In this document: positions 1-11,949 of the stretch, piece by piece
Layout: the number at the start of each line of letters is the position of its first letter
Position numbering within the stretch: position 1 is the first letter of the stretch
From: Hypanus sabinus
Lineage: Eukaryota
Direction of reading: 5' to 3'
DNA: 64,000 bases
Assembly: GCF_030144855.1 (NCBI RefSeq)
Contig: NC_082730.1
Location: 1,488,001-1,552,000, forward strand
Made by a program: the position numbers and the translations under genes
Notes under the pieces: model-generated
What the model was told of the DNA's origin: nothing
What the model saw: only the letters and a program-made list of their open reading frames with translations
The model's database searches: none

Positions 1-79
1 TAACCTCTCAAACTCTATACATGGCACCATGGTGGCGCCATGCTATTACAGCTGGGGTGGGGGGGGGGGGGCGCTACCA

Positions 80-545
80 GAATATGAAAGTAAGCTAGCC
101 AATAATATTAAAAAAGGTCACCAAAAATTTCTTCAGATGCATAAAGTATAAAGAGAAGTGAGATGGATATTAGACAGCTGGAAAAAGATACTGGAGAGGT
201 AGTAATGGCAGACGAATTGAGTAAATATTTTACATCAATCTTCACAGTGGAAGACACTAGCAGTATGGTGGAAGTTCCAGGTGTCAGTGGTCTGAAATGT
301 GTGAAGTTACCAAAACTAGAGAGAAGGTTCTTGGGAAACTGAAAGGTCTGAAGGTAGATAAGTCACCTGGACCAGATGGTGTGCATCCCAGTGATCTGAA
401 AGAGGTGGCTGAAGAGATTGTGGAGGCATTAGTAATGATCTTTCGAGAATCACTTGATTCTGAAATGGTTCAGGAAGAATGGAAAATTGCAAATGTCACT
501 GCACTCTTCAAGGGAAAAAGGCAGAAGAAAGGAAATTATAGGCCA
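80..545 (+). mobile_element. CR1 LINE ORF2 fragment
   Basis: ORF 297-602 contains KSPGPDGVHP..LKEVAEEIVEALVMIF..W.IANVT..GNYRP, the CR1 pre-RT motif. Confidence 0.85.
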
Positions 546-939
546 GCATACATCTTAAGACATTCTGCACTACCTCAAAGTCAAAGGCAATTTTATTATT
601 AAAGTACATATATGTTTACTCCTTTGAGATTCATTTTCTTGCAAGCATTTGTAGAAAAAATAAAATACAATAGAATTTTAAAAACTACACATAAAGTACT
701 ACAAACAACCAATGTGCAAAAGAAGACAAATTGTTCAAATAAAAGAAAAATACTGAACATCTGAGTGAAGAGTCCTTGAATGCAAGTGTGTAGGTTGTAG
801 AATCCGTTTAGAGTTCAAAGTAAATTTATTATCAAAATACACACAGTTTATGCCACTATATACAAGCCTGAGATTAATTTTCTTACTGGCATACCTCAGT
901 AAATCCAAGAAACACAATAGGATCATAATAGAAATGGCA

Positions 940-2071
940 AGATAGGACAGCTGTCTTTCAAAGGCAGAGGAGGTGGAGTATGTTTTATGATCATGGTTGC
1001 TGTTGTGTACAGACCTGGTGGTGCTGTCACAGTCCTGCCCACCTGACCCGAAACATTTGCGATTAAGTGTCATCCGTTTTATCTGTCATGGGAGTTTTCA
1101 GACATAATCTTGTTAACGGTGTACATCCCACCTCAGCCTGGTGTCAAACAGGCTTTAGACGAGCTGAGTAATGTAATGAACAGGCATGAAACAGCACACC
1201 CTGATGCATTCCACACTATTATGGGGGATTTTAACTAGGACAGCTTGAAAAAGTCTCTAAATAATTATTACCAACATTTCACTTGTGGAACTAGAGGAAT
1301 CAACACTTTCGACCACCATCAAGAGTGCTTACCATGCTTTCCCACAACCACACTTTGGAAAGTCTGATCACCTGGCTGTACTTCTAATCCCTGAGTATAG
1401 GCAGGGACTGAAGACCGCAGCATAGGAGTGAGGATCAAGGAGGTATGGACAATGGAAGCACAGGAGCGCTTGCAGGACTGCTTTGAATTGGTGAACTAGT
1501 CTGTATTCAGGGATCTGTCTTTGAGACTGAATGAGTATGCCACACTGATTTCATTAAAACCTGTGTGAGCGTGTGCCTACGAGAATATTCTGTATATACC
1601 CAAATCAAAAGCCATGAATGAACCAAGAGGTTCGTAGTCTGCTGAGGGATAAATATATGGAATTCAAGTCTGGTGAACCAGCTATGATTTACGGAGGGCT
1701 ATCTTGAGCAAAGGAACAATTTTGAACGAGGTTGGAGGAGGAATAGGATGCACATCCTCTGGCGGGATTTGCAGTTTTATTTACTTCCTATAACGTTTGC
1801 TGTATGTATTGTGCTGTAGGTTTTCTACAAAGTGAAACCTAACCTTATGAATGGCAGCGATGCTTCACTTCCAGATGAGTTCAACACCTTTTATGCGTGC
1901 TTTGAAAGGGAGAATAAAACTACAGCAATGAAGATTCCTGCAGCATACAGTGACCCGGTGATCTGTGTCTTGGAGGCCTACGTCAGGCTGTCTTTCAAGA
2001 GAGTGACAGGCCCTGATGGAGCACGTGGTAGGGCTCTGAAAACCTGTGCCATCCAACTGGCGGATGTGCTC
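940..2071 (+). mobile_element. Rex1/Babar-type LINE, 5' part (endonuclease to pre-RT), degenerate
   Basis: Degenerate GGVCFMI..KCHPFYL..EFS, GKSDHLAV and ASLPDEFNTFYACFE..GPDG..LKTCA.QLADV (ORF 1832-2077). Confidence 0.75.
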
Positions 2072-2233
2072 TGTTGAGTTCCGTTCATTTGGGCATGTGC
2101 ATTTTCCCTCTTATAGATATGTACATGAGGGAGGTTGGGGGGAGAAAATAGCAGCTGGTGTATTAAATGTGAATGGAGAAAGTAAAGTTGTTAAAATGAA
2201 AGAAAATCTTGTCTTTGTTGTTTGAATGTTATA
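2072..2233 (+). repeat. 5' LTR of the copia element
   Basis: Starts TGTTGAGTTCCGTTCATTTGGG and ends AAAGAAAATCTTGTCTTTGTTGTTTGAATGTTATA; aligns by eye with 11756-11947. Confidence 0.8.
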
Positions 2234-2235
2234 AG

Positions 2236-2255
2236 TGGTAACAGAGGATGGTTTC
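2236..2255 (+). other. Primer-binding site complementary to initiator tRNA-Met
   Basis: TGGTAACAGAGGATGGTTTC, one mismatch to TGGTAGCAGAGGATGGTTTC (complement of the vertebrate tRNA-iMet 3' end), 2 nt after the LTR. Confidence 0.85.
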
Positions 2256-2447
2256 CAACTAAAGGTTCTTGCCAGCGTTCGACAAGAACAAGCCTTACGA
2301 AAGTTGGAAAAATGAAATTGGAATATGGACTGGCAACAACTACAGCAGTGTCTAAGAAGGGTAGTGTTAGCTGCTTTAATGACTATCACCCTGTAGCAGT
2401 CACATCGATGGTGATAAAATGCTTTGAGAGGTTAGTCATGACTAAGA

Positions 2448-3261
2448 TGGCATCTGTTAGTCTTATGAGACCTCGGATCTGCACCTGGAAAGTCTTGCGA
2501 ATGTCGTCTCCGGGGTGCAGGCCTGGGAAAGGTTGTATGAAAGACCGGCAGTTGCCCAAGCAGTAAGTCTCCCCTCTCCACGCCACTGATGTTGACCAAG
2601 GGAGAGGCAAGGGCCGATACAGCTTCAAATGATCACAAGACAAAGGAGCAGAAGTAGGCCATTTGGCCCACTCCACCATGAGCTAAATTATTCTCCCGTC
2701 TAGTTCCAATTTCCAGCTTTTTTCCCATATCCCTTGATATCCTGACTAATCAGTTACCTGTCAATCTCCTCCTTAAAAACCTTCAATGATTGGGCCTCCA
2801 CAGCTGTATGTGGCAACAAATTCCATAAATCCACAACCCGCTGACTAAAAATGATGTCACAGGAGTTGCCAGAGCAAGGTTGAAGTCAACTTCAGACTGC
2901 CTTAGGGACTCCAGCTCTGGATTTGTCCTCAGGGTTTACTCCCGAAGCCTTTCCCTTAAGTGGGTATGGCCGCAAGGCAGCGGAGGTTTGAAATCAGAGT
3001 TTTCCCTCCCTTAGATGGACTGCCTTCCCAGGCTGACGAGCTCTATCTACCCGAAGCACTGGTTTTAAGGCGCCAGGACCTGCCTTCGCCCTTTCTCCTG
3101 TCAGTAGAAATGGTTCTGCTGGGCTTAGAGGCTAAGCCACACAAGAAGGCCAGGAGTTGGACGGTTGTCAGAGGCTATTTGAGGCGCATGCCATGAGGTG
3201 CACTCTTAGGTAGTGGGAGCTTGTCCCCACTACCACTCCTCGGCTTGACAACCTTGGAACC
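2448..3261 (-). mobile_element. Non-coding structured retroposon (RTE-partner-like, ~590 bp), split by a CR1 3' fragment
   Basis: No credible ORF; several inverted repeats. Segment ~2520-2625 is the reverse complement of the 3' part of the SINE at 63148-63420. Confidence 0.6.
2630..2851 (-). mobile_element. CR1 3'-end fragment
   Basis: AGGAGCAGAAGTAGGCCATT..CCCATATCCCTTGAT..GGCCTCCACAGC matches the 3' ends of the other CR1 copies. Confidence 0.75.
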
Positions 3262-3706
3262 GCCATGACTACTAAAACACTCAAAAACTTCTATAGGTAT
3301 TCCGTTGTGAGCATTCTGACAGGCTGCTTCACTGTCTGGTATGGGGGGGGGGGGCAGCTACTGCACAGGACTAAAAGAAGCTATAGAAAATTGTAAAATT
3401 ACTCAGCTCCACTTTGGGTACTAGCCTTCATAGTACCCAAGACATCATCAAGGAGTGGTGCCTCAGGAAGGCTATGTCCATTATTAAGGACCCCCATCAC
3501 CCAGGGCATGCCCTCGTCTCACTGTTACTATCAGGTAGGAGGTACAGAAGCCTGAAGGCACACACTCAGCGATTCAGGAACAGCTTCTTCCCCTCTGCCA
3601 CCCAATTCCTAAATGGATACTGAACCCATGAACACTAACTCACTTATTTTAATTCTGTTTTTGCACTATTTTTAATCTATTCAATATATATATATATATA
3701 TATATA

Positions 3707-5299
3707 CAGTGCCTATAAAAAGTATTCACCCCCATCCCTTGGAAGCTTTCACGTTTTATTGTTTTACAACACTGAATCACAGTGGATTTAATTTATTTTT
3801 TGACACTGATCAATGGAAAAGATTCTTTTGTGAAAATTAATTTCTACAAATTGGTCTAAATTTATTACAATTATTAAACACAAAATAACTGATTGCATAA
3901 TTACTCACCTCCTTCAAGTCAGTATTTAGTAGATGCACCTTTGGTAGCAATTACAGCCTTGAGTCTGTGTGGACAGGTCTCTATCAGCTTTGCACATCTG
4001 GACATCAATTTTTCCCCATTCTTCTTCACACAATTGCTCAAGCTCTGTCAGATTGCGTGGGGATCGTGAGTAAACAGACTTTTCCAAGTCTAGCCACAAA
4101 TTCTTAATTGGATTGAGTTCTGGATTCGGACTTGTCCACTCCAGGACATTAACTTTGTTGTTTTTAAGCCATTCCTGTGTAGCTTTGACTTTATCCTTGG
4201 GTCATTGTCTTACTGGAAAACAAATCTTTCCCCAGTCATAGTTCTCCTGCAGACTGCATCAGGTTTTCCTCCAAGATTTCCCTGTATTCTGCTGCATTCA
4301 TTTTACCCTCTGCCTTCACAAGCCTTCCAGGGCCTGTTGCAGAGAAACACCCCCACAGCATGATGTAGCCACCATCATGCTTCACGGTATTGGTGGTGTG
4401 TTTTTGATGATGGGTGGTGTTTGGCTTACGCCAAACATAGCTTTTAGTCTGATGGCCAAAAAGCTCAATTTTGGTTTCTTCAGACCATAGAACCTTCTTC
4501 CAGCTGACTTCAGAGTTCCCCACATGCCTTCTGGCAAACTCTAGCTGAGATTTTGGTTTCTCTCTTTGACACTCTCCCATAAAGCTGCAACTGGTGAAGT
4601 ACACAGATAACAGTTGATGTATGCAGCCACCGAAGCTTGTAATTTCTCCTGAGTCATTACGGGTCTTGTTGTGCATGTCACTCAGTTTTAGAGGACAGCC
4701 TGAGGTCAGTTTTTGAGGCACATTTACAGCTGTGCCATTTTTTTTTTCCATTTCTTGATGATTGACTTAACTGTACTCCAAGAGATACTCAGTGACTTGG
4801 AAGTTTTGTTGCATCTATCTCCTGATTTGTGCTTTTCAATAACCTTTTCGCAGAGTTGCTTAGAGTGTTCCTTTGTCTTCATGGTGTAGTTTTTGCCAGG
4901 ATACTGACTCACCAGCAGTTGAACCTTCCAGATACAGGTGTATTTTTACTACAATCAGTTGAAACACCTTGACTACACACAGGTTTCCAAAAACAGATCT
5001 CCATTTAACTAATTATGTGACTTCTAAATCTAATTGGCTGCACCCGTGATGATTCGATGTGTCATATTAAAGGGGGGGGGGGGGTGAATACTTACGCAAT
5101 CAAGTATGTGTTTTCTGTTTGTAATTAATTTAGATTGCTTTGCAGAGATCTGTTTTCATTTTGATGCAAAAGAGTCTTTTTTTGTTGATCAGTGTCAAAG
5201 AAAAGCCAAATTAAACCCACTGTGATTCAATGCTATAAAACACGAAAACGGGGGGGGGGGGGGGGGGGAGGGAATACTTTTTATAGGCCATAGGCATTG
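3707..5299 (-). mobile_element. Tc1-like DNA transposon, full length, disrupted transposase
   Basis: Termini CAGTGCCTATAAAAAGTATTC and GAATACTTTTTATAGGCC-ATAGGCATTG, inserted in (TA)n. Transposase pieces [41 protein letters not shown]. Confidence 0.92.
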
Positions 5300-6959
5300 T
5301 ATATACTTACTGTAATTGATTTACTTCTATTTTTCCTTTATGTATTATCATGTATTACATTGGATTGCTGTAGTTAACACATTTCACGACACATGCTGGT
5401 GACAATAAACCTTATTCTGGACTCAGGTTACAGAGTTTGAGAAGAAGACCCTTGCTGTTGTACTGTCGCTTTTGGGATGAGTGAGAGAGATCCCAATGGG
5501 AGTATCAGTGGAAAACTTGAACAATGATGATGGTATTAAAAACGCTAGTAAATGCACTTGACTCAGTTTTTCTGAAGGAAGATAAGGATTGGACTTATGA
5601 GGCATATTCAAACTTGGATAAAATTATAGACAGTTCTACAAATTTGGCTGATTATATTACTGATTTTGAACACACATAAATACAAAATGGAGCATTCTGA
5701 TGCAATATTAGCTTTCGAATTGTTGGATAGTGCACATTGTAGCATTACTTTACATTTGCATCTATGAAATCGGCACTGGGGAGGATTTTTGGAGAAAAGA
5801 CCACCAAGACAATACTTGGAATTAGTGTGAGTCAGGAAACTGCATACTTCACTGAGCAGAAACCAGAGACTAGCAAGTGTAATCCCTAGAGTGACCAGAC
5901 GAGGGCACCATTACCAGGCACAAATTCACTAGACAAGTATTGTAGAACAAAATGCTCTGTTTGACAGAGTACTTCCCACTGAGCAAAAAAACTCTCTACA
6001 ATGTACCAAACAAGTTAAGCTAACTAAAAAAAAACAAATCTGAAGATGTAGAAGACTACCATATAACATCGTTTGTAAAGGAAATATCTACTAATGCAGA
6101 GGCAGAGATTTCGATGATAGAATCCCTAGGATCTACCATTATTGATACAGCATGCATGCACATGGTGTGTGGAGAAAAATACCTTGAAAGCTTCGCACTT
6201 CAATCAGCATTCGACAAACCACAGCTTCTCTCTCTCCCTGGCAAGGGACAGGGAGGTGTCCCTCATTTTCACAGCGAGCAGGAGACATAACAACAAACCG
6301 CTGGTTTACGATCTTAAAAGTCCTTTTCATCGCTTTTTTCAAGTTCTGTGTCCGAAGATCGCAAAGACCTCAGGTCTTCGGGCCCACAGTGAAAGATTTT
6401 CTGGCCTCCTCAACGGCACATGAGTCTCCTCCGTGACACCGATCCTCGATCTGCCCGTTTCCAGAACCCTAAGATCTTAGACTTCCTAACATGATTGAGA
6501 CCCTCAGGCCAAACCACTAACATCTGAGTGCAATGAAACAGTAGCCATAGACCTACATGAACTGGAGCAAGCAGTGTGCTGTCTTCACATCATTGATCAG
6601 TTCACACGTTTTAGTGCCAGTAGCATTGTACTCACAAAGCAACCCTCAGAGAGAGTAAAAACTGCATCCATTCCTGGATAATTGTGCATTGCCCATCTTG
6701 GAAGGTATTCAGTGATAATGGTGGTGAATTTAGTAATGATGAATCCAGAGATATGGTAGAGAAGTATAATATTGAGACAGACAACAGCGGCATATAGTCC
6801 TTGGAGTCATGGACTTCTGGAGCGATGAAATGGAAAAGCTTAATGAAATAACGCTGAAGGTAAAGAAAAGCAATGGCTGTGATTGAAACACAGCTCTGGA
6901 GCATGCACAATGTCCATGGATATAGCCCATATCAACTTGTGTTTGGCCAGAGTCCAACC

Positions 6960-9750
6960 CTTTCCTCCATATCGGGAGTGGTTTAAACTAATATGGCAGG
7001 GGGATGGGGATGATAGAGCTGAGGATTAGCCAGCAGGTTTACAAGTAGATGATGTAATATGTAATATGAATGTAAGGAAGGACAAGACAATGATTGGGCA
7101 AAAGAGTTAAATTGTACCACAGAGGCAAAATTCATAAGGCTGAAGAATGCAAGACTGAAGTGCTGTTTTTAAATGTGCATAGCAGTCAAAATAAGGTGGA
7201 TGAACTTGTGGCACAATTAGAAATTTGTTGGTATGACGTTGTGGGCATCATTGAGTCATGGCTGAAAGGCCACAGTTGGGAGCTGAACATCAAGGGGTAT
7301 ACTTTGTATTGAAAGGACAGGCAGGAAGGCATAGGTGGTGGTGTGGCTCTGTTGGAAAGAGTTGGAATTAAATCTTTAGAAAGTGGTGACATAGGGTCAG
7401 AGAATGTTGAATCTTTGTGGATGGAGTAAAGAAACTGCAAGAGTAAAGAAAACATTATGAGAATCATATGTAGGCCTCCAAATAGTAGCCAAGATGTGGG
7501 GTTGAGATTACAAAGGGAGCTGGAAAGGGCATACATTAAGGGTAATGACACAATTGTAATTGGGGATTTCAATATGCAAGGGCATTGGGAAAATCAGGTC
7601 GGTGTCAGATCACAAGAGAAGGAATTTGTTGAATGCCTACGAGATGGCTTTTTAGAGCAGCTTGTGCTTCAGCCTACTTGGGGAAAGGCAATTTTAGATT
7701 GGGTGTTGTGTAATAACCCAGATCTCATTAGGGAACTTAACATAAAGGAACCCTTAGGAGGCAGTGATCATAATATGATTGAATTCATACTGCAGTTTGA
7801 AAGGGAGAAGCACAAGTCACATGTATCATCACAACTGAATAAAGGGAATTATAGAGGCATGAGAGAGGAGTTTGCCTAGGTGGGTTGGAGGGGGATACTG
7901 GTGGGGATGTCTGTACAGCAGAGATGGTTGAAGTTTTGGGGAATAGTTCACAAAGCGCAGAAGAAGTAGTTCTCAAATTGCAGGGGTGGGCAGCCATGGC
8001 TGACAAGGGAAATTAAGGAATGCAAAAGTGAATGGGAAGTTGGATGATTGGGAAGCTTTTAAAACCCAGCAAAAGGCAACTAAAGAAGCTATAAGAAGGA
8101 AAAGATGAAATATGAGGGCAAACTAGTCAATAATATAAAGCAGGATACTAAAAGTTTTTTCAGTTATATATAAAGAGTAAAAGGGAGGTGAGAGTTGATA
8201 TTGGACTACTGGTAAATGATGCGGGTGAGGTAGTAATGGGGGACAAAGAAATGGCAGATGAACTTAATGGGTACTTTGCATCTGTCTTCACTCTGGAAGA
8301 CATGAGCAAAGTGCCAGAAGTCAGTGAGTGTCAGGGGGCAGGAGTGACTGCCATTGATATTACAAAAGAAAAAGTGTGAGGCAAACTCGAAAGTATTAAG
8401 GTGGATCAGTCACCTGGATGAGATAGAGGTTGCTGAAGAGATAGCAGAAGAATTGGTCATGATCTTTCAAGAATCACTTGATTCTGGCATGGTCCTGGAG
8501 GACTGGAAGATTGCAAATGTCACTCCACTCTTAAGAAGGGAGGAAGGCAAAAGAAAGAAATAATATAGGCCAGTTAGCCTAAGCTCAGTGTTTGGGAAAG
8601 TGTTGGTCCATTATTAAGGATGAGGTTTCGGGGTACTTGGAGATTAATGATAAAATAAATCAAAATCAGCATGGTTTCTGTGAAGGGAAATCTTGCCTGA
8701 CAAATCTGTTAAAATTCTTTGAGGATCTAACAAGCAGGGTGGACAAAGGAGAGGCAGTGAATGTCACTTACTTGGATTTTCAGAAGGCATTCTATAAGGT
8801 GCCACACATGAGGCTGCTTAACAAGATAAAATCCCTTGCGTTACAGGAAAGATATTGGCATGGCTGACAGGCAGGAGGCAGTGAGTTGGAATAAAGAGGC
8901 TTTTTCTGGTTGGCTGCCAGTGATAATTGGGACTGTTACTTTTCACATTGTTTGTCAATGATTTGAATAATGGAATTGATGGCTTTCTGGCAAAGTTTGT
9001 GGATGGTATGAGGATAGGCGGAGGAACAATAGTGCTGACTATTATCCAAATGGGGAGGAGGTTCAAATATCAGAGGTGCAGGGAGACTTGGGAGTCCTCA
9101 TGTAAGACTCCCAGAAGGTTAATTTTACAGGTTGAGTCTGTGGTAAAGAAGGCAAATGCAATGTTGGCATTTATTTCAAAGGGAAAAGAATAAAAAGCAA
9201 GGAGATAATGCTGAGCCTTTATAAGACACTAGTCAGGCTGCACTTGGAGTATTGTCGACAGTTTTGAGCCCATATCTCAGAAAGGATGCGTTGTCATTGG
9301 AGATTCACGAGGATGATTCTGGGAATGATGTTAACATATGAGAGCATTTGGCAGCTTTGAGCCTGTATTCACGGGAATTTAGAAGAATGAGTGAGGATCT
9401 CATTGAAACCTACCGAATTTTGAAAGGACTAGATAGGGTGGATGTGCCGAGGATGTTTCCTATGGTGGGGGTATTCGGAACTAGAGAGCACAGCATCAAA
9501 ATTGAGGGGTGACCCTTTAGAACAGAGGTAATGAGGAGCTTTTTTAGCCAGAGAGTAGTAAATCTGTAGAATGCTCTGCCGCAGACTGCAGTGGAGGCCA
9601 AGTCTGTGGGCATATTTAAGATGGATGCTGATCGTTTCCTGATGAGAAGTTAGGTGTATGGGATTGAGTAGGATCTGGGATCAGCCATGATGGAATGGCA
9701 GAGCAGACTCGATGGGCTGAATGGCCCAGTTCTGTTCCTATGTCTTATGG
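6960..9750 (+). mobile_element. CR1 LINE ORF2, degenerate, inserted in copia pol
   Basis: Endonuclease (IGDFN, GSDHNMI), RT (QHGF, YLDFQKAF) and CR1 3' end. Confidence 0.92.
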
Positions 9751-11755
9751 TGGCACAGACAGTGCTGTAGAGAATTCAGCTGGGGATTCAACAGACTTGC
9801 CTGAACAAAAATGATCACAAGTGCTATGACAATATGGAAGTTTGTCTTAAGACAGGATAAACTGTGAGATTTGTGGACCAAGACACTGGTATCTGATACA
9901 AAGCAGAAGTCTTAGGACGAACAGGCAAAGCCAGTGGGAGAAACTAAAGTTGGTACAACTAGAATTACCTAGAAGCAGTCATGGTCGCTTGTACTACAGG
10001 GCCAGTCAACTCATCATGTGTAGACAGACTTTATATTGAACCAAGTAAAGATCAGGCTGGCCCATATGAGAAATGTGAGGATGAAGATGTCCTAGTAACT
10101 AACGACATATGCCGTTTGAATCTACAACACTGGATGAAATCAGTTGGAGTGTTTGTGGAAGTCAGAAATGTTGGCCAAAAGACAGTGTTTACAAGATGGG
10201 TGTGCACTCGCAAAGAAACCCTGACAGGAATTGTATCAAAAGCAGCTTGGAGGCTAGAGGTTTTGAGGAACTGAAAATAACTCTAAAAAGACCCACCAAC
10301 ATGTGCATCAGAGTCTGTCCAACTACTTCTCACAGTGATATGTCAAAAGCACTGACAACTCCATTGTATGGACATAAAATTTGCATCCTTACAGGGAGTG
10401 GAGCTGTCATGTGACATTTACATTAAACCCCTGCATGAAGCCAGAAGTGAAGGAACACTGTGGAAACTCAAAAAGTGTGTGAAGAGTCTAGCAGGTGCAT
10501 TACTCTACGGTATAAAAAGTCAATGAAATAATGTTGGAAACAGGTGGAAAGATGTCACAAGTGTATCCAGCTGTTTTTTTTAATACAGACAAGATGCAGA
10601 ATTTCATGTGATTGGGGTACTTGCCTGTCTGCATATGAGGAGGTTCACAAAACTTTCCTGTAACAGTTGTCCCTCAGCTAATGTCAGCCTTTCAGGCTGA
10701 ATGCGAGGAACATGTCAGATTCTGCTACATAGGGATAGACATCCTTGCTGTTGATGGAACAGCACAACTGCACCAAAAATCATCAGGAATCTTCAGACAA
10801 TCCACATGGAATCTTCACGTGCCACACAGTGGGATGCACCCCTCAGCAAAGCTGAAGTGGAGCAACTGAGGCCAAAGATAGGTCAGATTCTATGGATGGC
10901 AAGGCAGAGCAGAGCTGACATCATGTTTGATGCCAATTATCTTGGCATCCAGCACAAAAAATGCCGCAGTACAAACTTTAGATGAGGCAAAAAAGATAGT
11001 GTGCAGAATTCAATGTGAAAAAAAATAGTCTTGTAGTTTCAACAGCTTGGAAAAGATAGCTCGCCGAGGCTCGTTATCTTCAGTGATGACTCACATGGTA
11101 ATCTCCCTGATGGAAGTACTGATGGGAGAAGAGAGAAGACTTTCACCTCTCTGTTGGCGATCAAAAAGGATCTGAGGAGTTGTACGGAGTACGCTGCAGG
11201 AGAAACCCTCGCAATGTCTGAAGGTATTGACAATACTGTTTTTCTGGCCAGACTACATTTTGAGCTTCTCCATGGTGATCCAAAGAACGACAGTCTATGG
11301 AGAACTCGTGTCACAAACAGCTGCTCTTTGGTTGATGCCATCAAATCACCAAGACAGTTACAGAGAAGAGGCTTCATCTGGTGATAAGCAGCATCAAAGA
11401 ACTAATCCAAGCACAGAAAATTCATCACGTGCTGTGGTCAACTAGAAAGGAACAACTAGCTGACAGTCTGACAGAGAGGGAGTTTCAGCTCTTGTGCTGC
11501 TAAAGGCCCTTCGTGAAAGCATTTGGTAGCTTATGAACTGTATCAACGTCAAGGGTTAGAACCGATCCCCATATCCTCATAAGCATTTGAGTTGAGATAT
11601 ATATATGTGTAATTTTTGTAGTACTCTGAAAGCATTAATTGAGGGTATAGAGAATCTCAAGAAATTTATTAAGCCTAACAAGAAGAGTTAAAAGTAATAC
11701 AGCTAAACCAATGGACATTTAAGATTATTTTATGTACATGAAGAGGATGGGAGAT

Positions 11756-11947
11756 TGTTGGGTTCTGTTTATTTGGGTAATGTCGACATTTAGTCAGGAT
11801 GTTCACTTTCCTTTGTATGGGCATGTGTGTGAAAGTGGCGGGACGATGGTTGGTAAGAAAATGGCAACCTAGCATACGAAATTTGAACGGAGATAGTTAA
11901 GTTGTCAAAACAAAAGAAAATCTTGCCTTTGTTGTTTGCAAGTTGTA
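11756..11947 (+). repeat. 3' LTR of the copia element, preceded by a polypurine tract
   Basis: GAAGAGGATGGGAGA followed by TGTTGGGTTCTGTTTATTTGGG...AAAGAAAATCTTGCCTTTGTTGTTTGCAAGTTGTA. Confidence 0.8.
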
Positions 11948-11949
11948 CT

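Larger units (their letters stand above)
2332..5417 (+). mobile_element. Rex1/Babar LINE 3' part with internal deletion, inserted in copia gag; hosts further insertions
   Basis: [20 protein letters not shown] at 2370-2440; IIKDPHHPGH..GRRYRSLKAHTQRFRNSFFPSA at 3414-3623; tail GACAATAAACCTTATTC; flanked by TGGACT at 2326-2331 and 5418-5423. Confidence 0.8.
2072..11947 (+). mobile_element. Fossil Ty1/copia LTR retrotransposon (GalEa-like), interrupted by nested insertions
   Basis: Paired LTRs at 2072-2233 and 11756-11947; PBS 2236-2255; PPT 11740-11754. Gag at 2260-2331 and 5424-6000; protease IIDTAC ~6140; integrase 6530-6960 (IDQFTRFS, SDNGGEF, AAYSPWSHGLLER); RT/RNase H 10130-11520 (TRWVCT.KE, ARGFEE, QLADSLT). 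Confidence 0.85.

Noticed and set aside
3033-3056. CTGACGAG...CGAAG as a hammerhead core
   Set aside because: No stem II pairing, and GAAG instead of GAAA.
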